64,000 nucleotides of DNA from a virus, in IMG/VR virus record IMGVR_UViG_3300005805_009577, positions 64,001 through 128,000 of that record; one strand, 5' to 3'. This document shows, one piece after another, positions 10,833-20,935 of this stretch. Positions within the stretch are counted from its first letter, which is position 1, and each line of letters starts with the position of its first letter. A program made the translations under genes and the position numbers. The notes beneath the pieces are model-generated. The model made no database searches, had not been told where the DNA came from, and saw only the letters and a program-made list of their open reading frames with translations.

Positions 10833-11345
10833 ATGAGCTATTTTGTTGTTGATGTCGAAAGTGACGGCCCAATACCACCAGATTATTCTATGGTTTGTTT
10901 TGGTGCTGTTGTTTTGGATGAGTTTTTAAATAAAACTTTTTACGGAATGACAAAACCTATTTCTAAAAACTATCAACCACAAACACTTGAAATAAGTGGG
11001 GTCAGCAGAGAGAAACACGAGTCTTTTGAAGATCCTAAAGAAGTTTTTTTAAAATTCTTAGAATGGATCGAAAGCAATTCAATTGGAAAACCTATTTTTA
11101 TAAGCGATAATCCTTGCTATGATTGGCAGTGGATAAATTACTATTTTCATCATTTTATGGGTAAAAATCCATTTGGATATTCTGGCAGGAGAATAGGCGA
11201 TCTTTATTGCGGTCTTGTTAGAGATACAAGAGCACAATGGAAACATCTTAGAAAAACTATTCACGATCACAACCCAGTTAATGACGCTATAGGTAATGCA
11301 GAAGCTTTACTTGCTATAGAAAAAATGGGTTTAAAAATAAGGTAA
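10833..11345 (+). CDS. DEDDh 3'-5' exonuclease / exoribonuclease
   Basis: VVDVESDGP (ExoI), SDNPCYDW (ExoII), HNPVNDA (ExoIII). Confidence 0.9.
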   Translation: MSYFVVDVESDGPIPPDYSMVCFGAVVLDEFLNKTFYGMTKPISKNYQPQTLEISGVSREKHESFEDPKEVFLKFLEWIESNSIGKPIFISDNPCYDWQWINYYFHHFMGKNPFGYSGRRIGDLYCGLVRDTRAQWKHLRKTIHDHNPVNDAIGNAEALLAIEKMGLKIR

Positions 11346-11797
11346 CACTAATGTCAAAAAAGTTTCATTTTGACTGCGATTTAGATGGCTCTATTATAGT
11401 TTTGTGTGCATTGCAAAGTGTTTTAAAATATTCTTTATCTTCCCAAGAATCTGTAATTAAGCCTTTTCAAAGATGGATTAAAAATTATTGGGAAGATTTA
11501 GATGAAAATACAAGATTTATAATTGTTAGAGATATATTTGATTATTTAAAAAGTAATAGTAATCAAAAAGAAAGTTTTAATGGTTTGCAATCTTCATCAG
11601 ATAAATTTTACAAACTATTATTGTTGTGGAAAAAGTTTGTTGTGGAAAGATATTTAGATTTAAATTCAAAAGAAAAAATATACATTGATATGTATTTTCA
11701 CAAAGATGAATGGTATAACAAAAACTTCACACTAGATATCTTTAAGAAGTAAATAAGTTTTAAAGATTATTTTTTACAACCCACTACAATGTAAATC

Positions 11798-12826
11798 ATG
11801 AGAAAGCTAGCTAGCATACAACAAATTAAGTATAAAAAAGAAATATCAAACGCAGACTCTATAGAGTGCGTAGGTGTATTGGGATGGGAGTGTGTATCTA
11901 AAAAAAATGAATTTAAAGAAGGCGATAAGTGCATTTATATAGAAATTGATAGTCTTTTGCCCGTTATACCAGAATTCGAATTTCTTAGAAAAGGTTGCTA
12001 TAATCCTAATCTCGACAAGTTTAGAATAAAAAGCATAAAACTTAGAAAAACTTTGTCTCAAGGTATTGCCCTCCCGATTTCTTTGTTTCCTAGATTAATT
12101 GATTTAGAAATAGGAACAGACATAACAGATATTTTGGGAGTTATAAAATACGAACCTCCAATTCCTGCTCAAATTGCAGGTGATGCTCGAAGTTTTTCTT
12201 GGCCTATAGAAAAAACAGATGAAATCAGAGTTCAGCAAGATGATGAATATAATTTTATTAAAAGTTTGTCTGGCAAACCTTATTATATATCTCTTAAATT
12301 AGATGGAACAAGTTGCTCTTTTATACTAAATCCCGCTGATGGCGAGTTTCATGTATGTGGAAGAAACTATAGTTACAAAAAAAATGATTCACATAGTTTT
12401 TGGAAAATTGAAAATAAGTATGGAATAGAAAAAAATCTTAGAGACTTCGCAGAAAAAAATAAAATAATAGCACTTCAAGGGGAGTGCGTAGGCCCAGGAA
12501 TTCAAAAAAATCCTTTAGGGTTAAAAGAAGTAGACTTTTATGTATTTAATGTAATAGATGTATCTTCTAATAAGAGGCTTCATATAGAGGAGTCTGAAAA
12601 AATAGTTCGTGATTTTAATTTAAATTTTGTGCCTATTCTTGAAAAAGAAACAAAATTTAATTATTTGCAAGAACAACTTTTAGAAAAAGCAAAAGGAAAA
12701 TATTTTGAACACTTTAAATCAGCAAAACCAGACCAAGACAGAGAAGGAATTGTAATAAGAAGTTTGTGTGGAGAAATTAGTTTTAAAGCTATTAATAATG
12801 ATTTTCTTTTAAAGGAAAAAGATTGA
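11798..12826 (+). CDS. RNA ligase, DRB0094/Rnl2-like family with N-terminal OB-like domain
   Basis: MRKLASIQ N-terminus, KLDGTS adenylation motif, LQGECVGPGIQKN, REGIVIR, FKAINNDFLLK. Confidence 0.93.
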   Translation: MRKLASIQQIKYKKEISNADSIECVGVLGWECVSKKNEFKEGDKCIYIEIDSLLPVIPEFEFLRKGCYNPNLDKFRIKSIKLRKTLSQGIALPISLFPRLIDLEIGTDITDILGVIKYEPPIPAQIAGDARSFSWPIEKTDEIRVQQDDEYNFIKSLSGKPYYISLKLDGTSCSFILNPADGEFHVCGRNYSYKKNDSHSFWKIENKYGIEKNLRDFAEKNKIIALQGECVGPGIQKNPLGLKEVDFYVFNVIDVSSNKRLHIEESEKIVRDFNLNFVPILEKETKFNYLQEQLLEKAKGKYFEHFKSAKPDQDREGIVIRSLCGEISFKAINNDFLLKEKD

Positions 12827-12906
12827 TGCCATAAATCAAACAAATTCTCCATCTAGCAAATAATATTTTTTTTGTTATATTTGTCTCAGACTTCTGAGGC
12901 TAAAAC

Positions 12907-13584
12907 ATGACTAAAAAAATTAAAACTCGTTGGACAAAAGAAGAAATAAATAATTTAAAAAATGGAAAAGTAGTCCCCGGTAGGACTTTGCATTCTATTA
13001 AAAATCAAATTTTAAGGTTGGGTTTAATATCAAAGAAAAAAGCTAGAAGACCATGGACGGAAAAAGAAGTTGAAAAATTAAAAGAATTGCATATCCAAGG
13101 TTTTTCTGCAAAACAAATCTATGAAATGAAAATATTTAATACGGGTATTTTTGGAATACAACATAAGCTAAGAAGAATAGGATTGGTTCGTGGCAAAAAT
13201 ATACACAAGCTAAACAAAGAGACAAGAGAAAAACTCAAAGACTTTTTATTAAATAACTATCAAGGTAAAACACCAAAAGAACTAACGGATATTTGGAATA
13301 AAGAAAATTGTATCAAAATTTCTTACAAAAAGGTTCTTTCGTATCTTTATGTTTTGAAAATAAAAATACCTTACTACGAAGTTCAAAAAATTAATACTCT
13401 TCGTAAAAAAGAAAAAAAGTTAATTGAAGGCTCTAAATCAATAAGCACATCTGTTCAAACCGCTATAAGAGCAGAGAGAGTTAGGCTTATGAGAAAAAGA
13501 GTTGAGAGAAATTTAGATATTTGGAGCGGCTTGAAAATTGATAATCTTCAAGAAGTTTTAAAAGACGATGAATTGCTAATTTAG
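12907..13584 (+). CDS. repeat-containing helix-turn-helix (Myb/SANT-like) protein
   Basis: Repeated RWTKEEINNLK / RPWTEKEVEKLK units. Confidence 0.6.
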   Translation: MTKKIKTRWTKEEINNLKNGKVVPGRTLHSIKNQILRLGLISKKKARRPWTEKEVEKLKELHIQGFSAKQIYEMKIFNTGIFGIQHKLRRIGLVRGKNIHKLNKETREKLKDFLLNNYQGKTPKELTDIWNKENCIKISYKKVLSYLYVLKIKIPYYEVQKINTLRKKEKKLIEGSKSISTSVQTAIRAERVRLMRKRVERNLDIWSGLKIDNLQEVLKDDELLI

Positions 13585-13766
13585 TCATGCACTTTTATGC
13601 TAGGTTTTTTGCCACAGGTACACTTGTGGCAACAAGGGTTACCTGGTATGCAATTTTTTTCTGTGCATATGTTTCTGCATTCCATACCACAATTATTACA
13701 TTTGCATACACAAGGCATTTGGCAGCCTAGCGAAAAAATGACAGCCAAAAATATTAAAGCTCTCAT
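13581..13766 (-). CDS. small Cys-rich putative lipoprotein (metallothionein-like)
   Basis: MRALIFLAVIFSLGC signal/lipobox followed by 11 more Cys in about 40 aa; only the 3' part of track ORF 13581..14018. Confidence 0.6.
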   Translation of the reverse strand: MRALIFLAVIFSLGCQMPCVCKCNNCGMECRNICTEKNCIPGNPCCHKCTCGKKPSIKVHD

Positions 13767-13791
13767 ACTATTATGTATGTAGAAGCATATT

Positions 13792-14220
13792 ATGTTTAAT
13801 TCAATATTTACGTTTTTTAAAAATTTAGCCAAATATAAAGGAGAAATAAGTAGTTTATCTCCAGAAAAAGTAGAATTGTTAATTAGGTACAAAGGGGAAA
13901 TAGGCAGCTTATCTGCCGAAGAAATAGAAGTATTAAGTCTGCCGAGAAGTCCTTTTTGGAAAAAATTAAGAGAAGAGCATCTTCGAAAATCTCCAAATTG
14001 TTCAGTTTGCGGTAGCATAAAATCTGTTGTTCCTCATCATATTATTCCTTTTCATGTAAATCCTCAATTAGAATTAGACCCTAACAATCTTATAAGTTTG
14101 TGCGAAGGAGACACTTTTAACTGTCATTTATTTTTTGGTCATTTTAGAAAATGGACAAAGCACAATCCGGATGTTGTGCAAGATTCTTTGGAGTGGAGCA
14201 AAAAAATTAAAGGCATCTAA
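13792..14220 (+). CDS. HNH endonuclease
   Basis: CSVC...HHIIPF...NLISLC...CHLFFGH; duplicated N-terminal YKGEIxSLSxE unit. Confidence 0.88.
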   Translation: MFNSIFTFFKNLAKYKGEISSLSPEKVELLIRYKGEIGSLSAEEIEVLSLPRSPFWKKLREEHLRKSPNCSVCGSIKSVVPHHIIPFHVNPQLELDPNNLISLCEGDTFNCHLFFGHFRKWTKHNPDVVQDSLEWSKKIKGI

Positions 14221-15281
14221 TGAATTGGGAAGAAAATTGCTTAAAAGCTTTAGAATTGGCGTTCGATGAAAAGAAGCTTTTAGATCCTTTAAAACAACAA
14301 AATTTTGAAGAAGCTATTAACTTGTTTGAAGATTCAATAAAATTAAATCCAAATAGAGCTTGGCCATATTTAAAATTTGCCGATATGAAGGAAAAAGATG
14401 AAGATAAAATTTCTCTATATATCAAGTCTCTAATAGCAGAAGATAACAGTTATGCAAAACAACATATTAAAAATATACTAAAAAAATATTTTACAAATAA
14501 AGATATTATTGACAACTGTATAATAATAAACGGACTTGTTGTAATAGCGAATGACGATTTCTTGCGAGAGCGGTTAATAAATATTATGCCCAGCCTAGGA
14601 TGGATAAAAGATAGATTTATAAAAGATATTCTAAAAGTTTTGATAGTTGGAAAAGAAGAAAAATTTATTCCTTTTGCTGGGGATGTTTATTATTGGTTTG
14701 GAGAAGATGTAAATTTTGGTTTTAAAAAATTAAAAATAAAGCCTCAAGAAAAGTCCAAAGTAATAAGGCTTGGGTATATCGGACAAATCACAGAAGATAG
14801 TAATATAGATAAATTAATAAACGCTGTTATTAAAATTAACCAAGAAGAAAAAAAGTATTCTTTGAACATATTAACAAAAAAGTATATTAACGAATATCAA
14901 TCTTTATACAATAAATTAAAAAATATAAAAATTGAAGAAAAAGACTATAAAGAAGAAGATCTAATACAGTATTATTCAAATATAGATTGTTATGTTTCTG
15001 TCTGTGAAGAAACTATTCATTGTGAACATCCATATGAATCTATTTACTTAGAAATTCCATCAATACTATCTGATATAAAAGCACATAAAAAAATAAAAAA
15101 ATATTGTTGTATGGCAAGCGGAAAATACGGAGTAACTGAACAAAGTTTAACAAGGTGTTTAAAAGAATTTCATCAAAATTACAATAAATATAAAGAAATG
15201 GCCAAGATGGGCTCTTCTGACTTGTTAACTTTTTATTCTTGGAAGGGCGGATTAGAAAAAGTTTTATTTGAAATTTATTGA
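14220..15281 (+). CDS. TPR-containing glycosyltransferase-like (GT-B) protein
   Basis: N-terminal TPR (FEEAINLFEDSIKLNPNRAWPY); C-terminal GT4-like region (LGYIGQI, IDCYVSV, PYESIYLEIPSILSD). Confidence 0.6.
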   Translation: MNWEENCLKALELAFDEKKLLDPLKQQNFEEAINLFEDSIKLNPNRAWPYLKFADMKEKDEDKISLYIKSLIAEDNSYAKQHIKNILKKYFTNKDIIDNCIIINGLVVIANDDFLRERLINIMPSLGWIKDRFIKDILKVLIVGKEEKFIPFAGDVYYWFGEDVNFGFKKLKIKPQEKSKVIRLGYIGQITEDSNIDKLINAVIKINQEEKKYSLNILTKKYINEYQSLYNKLKNIKIEEKDYKEEDLIQYYSNIDCYVSVCEETIHCEHPYESIYLEIPSILSDIKAHKKIKKYCCMASGKYGVTEQSLTRCLKEFHQNYNKYKEMAKMGSSDLLTFYSWKGGLEKVLFEIY

Positions 15282-15309
15282 AATACTTTTGGTAGTACGT
15301 TTTTAGTTT

Positions 15310-15546
15310 ATGAAAATCGAAGAAGCATCCAAATATAGCATAAGAAACAAAGACTTCATCGAGAAGTCAGACCTTTGCAGTTGCTATTATTGTTTTTCGA
15401 CTTTTAAAAAAGAAGAAATAGACAACTGGGCTGATTCTGGTCAGACAGCCATTTGTCCAAAATGTAGTGTTGATTCTGTTCTAGGGGACTATACAATAAA
15501 GTTTGACAAAGAATTTTTTGAAAAACTTCACGAATATTGGTTCTAA
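15310..15546 (+). CDS. small Cys-rich (zinc-ribbon) conserved protein
   Basis: CSCYYC...AICPKCSVDSVLG. Confidence 0.75.
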   Translation: MKIEEASKYSIRNKDFIEKSDLCSCYYCFSTFKKEEIDNWADSGQTAICPKCSVDSVLGDYTIKFDKEFFEKLHEYWF

Positions 15547-15556
15547 ATAGAATAAA

Positions 15557-15907
15557 GGGGGCGAAAAGTATCGATTGGATAAATGTTTGCATAATGTGCA
15601 AGTAGAAGTTAATCGAGCGGCTTCTATAAAACTCGATTAAACGCTTTAACTGGCGTAAATCAGTTAGCCCTTGCTGCCTGATAAAAAAGGCCGCAACAGT
15701 TTTAGGAAGCGATAAAGGTAGCGTCCGAAAAACTGTCGTAAAATCCTTTTGCTTCGGGTGATTCAACTAATCCCGATTAAGACTTAGTTGAAAGAAAAGA
15801 ACTGGGATTTGTTTTTTGTTCCCATCTTTTCTAACAAACAAAAGACTAAACTTGTAGATCATATGTGAATTTTATCGCAAGACTTGGCTGCGATGCCAAC
15901 GCCTCCA
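15557..15907 (+). ncRNA. ssrA: tmRNA
   Basis: GGGGGCG/CGCCTCC-A acceptor stem; PK1 pseudoknot (tagaag/cttcta and aatcgag/ctcgatt); resume context ttaactGGC; tag GVNQLALAA then TGA TAA (15652-15684); T-arm ttggc/gccaa. Confidence 0.93.
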
Positions 15908-15910
15908 CTT

Positions 15911-15944
15911 AACCCTAGCCATTAATTAATGGCTAGGGTTTTTT
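15911..15944 (+). terminator. intrinsic terminator after tmRNA
   Basis: aaccctagccatta/taatggctagggtt stem followed by a T-run. Confidence 0.85.
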
Positions 15945-16007
15945 ATTTATTTTTTTTATTTATTTATTTATTTGAAGTAAAAAAATGATTAAATATAATA
16001 GAAGTTA

Positions 16008-16538
16008 ATGGCTTCTATTATTGTTAAGTGCTATAATTGCGAAAAGAGTTTCAAAAGAAATTCTTCTGAAATTAATAGAAACAAAAAGAAAAAAAGAAAA
16101 ACTTTTTGCAACCTATCTTGTGCAGGCAAATATACAATAAAAAACATTCCAAAAAATAAAAAAAGATGGGACCATTTAAATCCAGCGAACAGAAAAGATG
16201 AATATTCAAAGTTTAGATTTTTTTTAAAAGTGTGCAGAAAAAGATCTAAGCAAAAAAATAGAAAAATTAATATAACCTTACAAGATTTAAAGAATCAATG
16301 GAACAAACAAAAAGGAATCTGCCCTTACACAGGTTGGAAATTAATTGCCTTTAAAACAACTAACAATATTTTGCCCAAAACACCCGATAGGGCAAGTTTA
16401 GATAGAATAGACTCGTCTAAAGGTTATGTTAAAGGAAATGTACAATTTATATCATTAATAGCTCAATATGCTAAAAATGATTGGGATAAGAATGTAATTT
16501 TTAAGTTTTGCAAAAGCGTTGAAAAAAGAAAGAAATAA
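16008..16538 (+). CDS. HNH-like (His-Me finger) endonuclease, likely free-standing homing type
   Basis: CYNC...FCNLSC N-terminal Zn region; GICPYTG, ASLDRIDSSKGYVKGNVQFIS. Confidence 0.85.
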   Translation: MASIIVKCYNCEKSFKRNSSEINRNKKKKRKTFCNLSCAGKYTIKNIPKNKKRWDHLNPANRKDEYSKFRFFLKVCRKRSKQKNRKINITLQDLKNQWNKQKGICPYTGWKLIAFKTTNNILPKTPDRASLDRIDSSKGYVKGNVQFISLIAQYAKNDWDKNVIFKFCKSVEKRKK

Positions 16539-16541
16539 AAT

Positions 16542-17354
16542 ATGGAGAAAGACAAAAAAATCATTAAGTGGATATTACCAGCACAAAAAAAATCCGCTTA
16601 TAAAGTGAAGTTGCCTGAAAAAAAAAGAGAGTGGATGGATGTAAATAACGGACACGCATATAAGTGTTTGCCTTTAACGGTTGCAAATGGTTATGGATGG
16701 GAAGTGCTTAATCCAGTAAAGTTTGATGCAACATGGACTGGCGATTTGTCTCCAAAAAATCAAATAAAATTTAATTTTTATCCAGAGAATGAAGAGGAGC
16801 AAAGACTTACAAAGCAAATTTATTCTCATTTTGGGAACGGAATAATAACTTTTTCTTCTTTAAATTTTATATTCAGAACAACTGAAGGCCACAATCTTTT
16901 TATAAAAGGGCCAACAAATCATTTTAAGCATGGGGCACACGCATTAGAAGCAATTGTAGAAACGGATTGGCTTCCTTATACTTTTACTCTAAATTGGAAA
17001 TTAACCAAAGCAAATGAAACAGTTTTTTTTGAAAAAGGAGAACCAATCTCTTGTATTTTTCCCATACAAAGAGGATATTTAGAAAGTTTTGACGCAGTTG
17101 AATATTTGGGTGATCCGGATTCTGAATTCAGCAAACAACATGATTTTTGGGCCAATAAAAGAAGCGAGTTAAAAACAAATAAAAATAGAGATCATGCTTA
17201 TTATATTAAAGGTCTCCAGGATGCAGAAGAAAAAAGAGTTTATGAAAGTCATCAAAAAGTAATAAGGGCATCAGAATTTAGGGTCTTAGAGTTTGATCAA
17301 ATTAAAGAGCATGAAAATAAATTTATATTCGAACAAGAAAACACAAACAAATAA
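16542..17354 (+). CDS. DUF6065-like protein
   Basis: AYKCLPLTVANGYGWEV, SHFGNGIITF, ETDWLPYTFTLNWK motifs recalled for this family. Confidence 0.75.
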   Translation: MEKDKKIIKWILPAQKKSAYKVKLPEKKREWMDVNNGHAYKCLPLTVANGYGWEVLNPVKFDATWTGDLSPKNQIKFNFYPENEEEQRLTKQIYSHFGNGIITFSSLNFIFRTTEGHNLFIKGPTNHFKHGAHALEAIVETDWLPYTFTLNWKLTKANETVFFEKGEPISCIFPIQRGYLESFDAVEYLGDPDSEFSKQHDFWANKRSELKTNKNRDHAYYIKGLQDAEEKRVYESHQKVIRASEFRVLEFDQIKEHENKFIFEQENTNK

Positions 17355-17446
17355 AAGGAAAGCTATTTTTTGGACTTTTGATAAAAATAAAGCTTTAAAT
17401 TATATAAATTGGGATTAACAATATTCTAACAAAAATGTGCAAAATA

Positions 17447-17474
17447 TTGACATAAATATTTTGTATGTTACAAT
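17447..17474 (+). promoter_or_regulatory. sigma70-like promoter
   Basis: TTGACA-16 nt-TACAAT with extended -10 TG, in an intergenic gap. Confidence 0.55.
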
Positions 17475-18436
17475 ATTTTACAAAGTTCTTTAAGAAAAAA
17501 ACAAAAAACAAAAAACAAATAATTAAATACAAGTTTGATTATTTGAAAAAAAAATCATAAAAAATTTAATTGGTTTTTTAACACCGTATATGGGTACGGT
17601 TTTTTTATGTCGAGTTTAATTACTTAAAAAGGAGTGCTATTTTTTTATGACGACCGTTAGGCAACTTCGTCAAAATGGATATAAAGTCAGGGTTTTGCAT
17701 CATCGAATCAAGCGAATTGTAGCCATTGAAAATAATCCAAACGGCCATAAAAAAGAAATTATACACAATTTAGGTGGTAGCACCCAAATTATTATTGACG
17801 GCCCGGATGGCGAGCATTTTGAGGGCAAGGCTATTTGTTCTATGGTCGATAACTACAACAAAAAGCTTGGAGTTCAAATTGCTCTAGGTCGAGCAATGCT
17901 TAATCCTTTAAATTCGGTGAACTCATGATAATTGCATTTTATTGTCTCACCGTTTTTCTTCTTTTATACTGCGTTTATTTAACTTATAGGCTTGGAGAGG
18001 TTTTTATATTTGTTTTGTCTTTAAAAGAAAGGCTAAACATGATACAGGCTAAAGAATCTAATAAAATTGATTGAGTTTTTATTAAACATACTTAATAATA
18101 TAGTACACTATATTATTATCCAATTAAGCTCTCTATTTAACCAGATTTACTGGTTCTTGTGGTCTTATTTAGACGAAGTGAAGGTTAATGGTTACTTTAT
18201 TTTGGGTTATATAATTTTTCTAGAAGTGACAGGGATTACGAGCATTACAATAGACATTATAATTGAAGATATATTAAAACCAAGAAAGTTAAAAATAATA
18301 AAATATAAACAGTGAGTTATCCAATCAAATTGTACACAGCGATTAATCAAATCAATAAATATTTTAAAAGTTTTACCCGGTATGCCGATATTTTGGAATA
18401 ATTGTAGAATTAATTAAATATTTTTAGTTCAACAAA

Positions 18437-18889
18437 ATGTTTGCTACTATCTACACAGACGCATCTAGCAATAATAAACAAAAAATTTGGAGCTATGCTT
18501 ATTATACTCGCTGCGATAAAGGAGTATATTCTGGCTCTGGTGTTGTTTCTGAATATTGTCAAGACATAAATTATGCAGAAATGTATTGTATAGTGAAAGC
18601 CGTAGAAGAAAGTATCGAAAAGTTTAGAAGTATTTCAAGAATTTTAGTTGTTACAGATAGTATATCTGCCCAATATTCTCTTTGGAGAGGCAGCAAAAAA
18701 CCTAAATATCAAAATATAATTAGAGAGTTCAGACAATTAGAAAAAAAAGTAGAAAAAATAATGATTAAGTGGACCAAAGGCCATAGGTCAGATGATAGTG
18801 ATCGTGCTTATTTAAATAACAAATGTGATGAAAGAGCTAAGCAAGTTATAAAAAATTTAGATGACACCCATATTGTTTTAGAGTGGTAA
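18437..18889 (+). CDS. ribonuclease HI-like protein
   Basis: IYTDAS, NYAEMYCI, VTDSISA, KWTKGH, NNKCDERAK RNase H motifs. Confidence 0.88.
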   Translation: MFATIYTDASSNNKQKIWSYAYYTRCDKGVYSGSGVVSEYCQDINYAEMYCIVKAVEESIEKFRSISRILVVTDSISAQYSLWRGSKKPKYQNIIREFRQLEKKVEKIMIKWTKGHRSDDSDRAYLNNKCDERAKQVIKNLDDTHIVLEW

Positions 18890-20448
18890 AGCGGTAATTG
18901 ATGACTATTCATTCTGATTATATTCGCTTAAATTTAAAAGAATTATCTGACTTTCCAAAAATGCTTGTAGAGAAAGCATTTGAATTTTTAAACATAGAAA
19001 TAAAAGATCTTAGTTTAAGATTAAATTTTACAGATGTTAGTAATAGTCATGGAGCCCCTATTGGCAAAAAAACTAATTGGGGAGGCAGAGATCCTGACGA
19101 ACCGAGAAGTTATTTAGGTTGGCAAGGACAAATTTATTGTGTTGTTCTTGACAAAAGAGAAAATAATCATTATTGGTCAACAAGTGCCGGTCAAGTTCTT
19201 TTTGGAAGCGGACAATTTTATGACAAATATGGAAACGGGTTTAATGGGTTCCATACAGGAACAGGTTGTCCTGGTTATCCGAATGGAAATTCTGCTATGA
19301 ATATTAGTTTTTATTTCTTTTTAGATGATTTTCCTTTATTAAAATCTAATTACGAAAAGTGGAAATCTTTAACAAGCTTTAAAAATGAAAAAGAAGATTG
19401 GAAAAATATTAAATTAAAATATGGGCAATTTATTAATAAAGACTGGATTTAGACATGGATATTAAAGAATGTGTGATTATTAAAAATTATATCAAAAATT
19501 TAATTGATTATCATGTAAGGTTGGCAACGCCTAAATATAAAATATATGAAAAAGAACTAAAACAATTAGTAAAAGTTTCAAAAGATATATTTTGCATGAT
19601 GTATGAAGATAAACATATATCTACGCAAAATCAGTTTCTTTTATATTTAGATGATATAGTATTTTTAGATATTAACTATAATGATTTTAGAAAAAAATAC
19701 TTTCCAGTACACATGGCTACTAATAATAGAGAAGTTATAATTTTTGGTAGCAGGCAGTTTGGAGATTTTCTTATAATTACTATCGAGGATGCAAAAAAAA
19801 TATTAAAGCGTTCTCGTTTAAAAACTTTTCAAAGGAATCAAAATGAATAAAGAAGAAAAAACAAGATATTATTTAGATTTATGTAGTCTTATATTTGTGA
19901 TCACAGGCTACTTGCTAATTTATTATGCTCTTGGATTTTTGCCTGTCTTGGGTTTATTTTTAATTAGCTGGGGTGAAAATATAAATGCTTGTAGAAGATT
20001 AGAAAAAATTGGCGTAAAAGATTTTTGGACAAAAATATGAATATGCTCTTTTCAAGAAAGTTTTAATAAATGAATCTTTTAGAAATTTTCACAGATATAA
20101 TTAAAGAAGAGTGTGATAATGCCAAAAACTATAAAATATTTGGCACACAAGACTTTCATATTGAATCTATTGAAAAAATTGAAGATAAAGACGGAGCACT
20201 TTGTTTCAAAGTTACTACATGGAACGAAGTGCCAGAAAATTTTGATGAGAGTTCTAGACAAGTGAAAGAAATGAGTCTTTTTGAAATAATGGATCTTTTA
20301 GGAAGGATTATTGGTCATAGAGGTTGCAACAAGGCCGTTGATATTTTCATTTCTAATTCTCGACCAAAATGGCGGGGCATAAATTCAGATTAGTTTTCTG
20401 TTTCATCAAATAGACAAAAAAATAAAAAAAGAATAAAATAGTGTTATT

Positions 20449-20521
20449 GGCACCTTGACCCGAGAGGCTAGGGAGCGGATTGCAAATCCGTTTTACGCCG
20501 GTTCGAATCCGGCAGGTGCCT
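20449..20521 (+). tRNA. tRNA-Cys(GCA)
   Basis: ggcacct/aggtgcc acceptor stem; gcgga-ttGCAaa-tccgt anticodon arm; gccgg-ttcgaat-ccggc T-arm; CCA not encoded. Confidence 0.95.
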
Positions 20522-20523
20522 TT

Positions 20524-20703
20524 ATGAACAATAAAGACTTGCTAAATAATTTTAAAAAAGAAAATTGTTCAAAATGCGGACAACCAACTAATAGAAAACA
20601 AACACGTTTAGAAAAAATGATTGGAACAATTTGGTGCAAAGACTGCATTTACAGCTACACTGTCCCTTTTGGCGGTAAAACAAATGACGTTGGTCCAAAA
20701 TAA
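20524..20703 (+). CDS. zinc-ribbon miniprotein (tandem copy 1)
   Basis: CSKC...WCKDC; ATG lies 3 nt after the tRNA end (track start 20455 is inside the tRNA). Confidence 0.65.
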   Translation: MNNKDLLNNFKKENCSKCGQPTNRKQTRLEKMIGTIWCKDCIYSYTVPFGGKTNDVGPK

Positions 20704-20935
20704 ATTAGATAATTTTAGAAAAAAAACTTGCTCTTTTTGCCGAAAAATAACATATGAAGAGTCAATGAAAATATTATTTAATAACAAAGAAATTGAAGCT
20801 ACTTTTTGTCAAAAATGCCAAGATATTAGCGAAGAAGAAAAAGCAATTATATGCCTAGGTCAAATAATTAAAAGTAACCCAGATAAGAATGTATCGGACA
20901 TACTAAAAATAATGGGCATGAATATTGATGAATGA
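20684..20935 (+). CDS. zinc-ribbon miniprotein (tandem copy 2)
   Basis: LDNFRKKTCSFC...FCQKC; start reassigned to ATG 20684. Confidence 0.6.
   Translation: MTLVQNKLDNFRKKTCSFCRKITYEESMKILFNNKEIEATFCQKCQDISEEEKAIICLGQIIKSNPDKNVSDILKIMGMNIDE

Noticed and set aside
13597-13782. Plus-strand 61-aa ORF
   Set aside because: The opposite strand encodes a signal peptide with an ordered Cys pattern and is the better gene
13830-13940. Short duplicated YKGEIxSLS unit in the HNH gene
   Set aside because: Two degenerate copies only, with no sign of a larger repeat system
15404-15766. Minus-strand 120-aa ORF
   Set aside because: Antisense to the tmRNA and a real gene; no protein features
17583-17606. 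GGTACG at 17593 as a copy of the cassette motif
   Set aside because: It forms the 3' arm of hairpin accgta/tacggt followed by a T-run, which fits an intrinsic terminator better
20455-20523. Track ORF start inside tRNA-Cys
   Set aside because: The N-terminal extension is translated tRNA sequence; the true start is probably 20524
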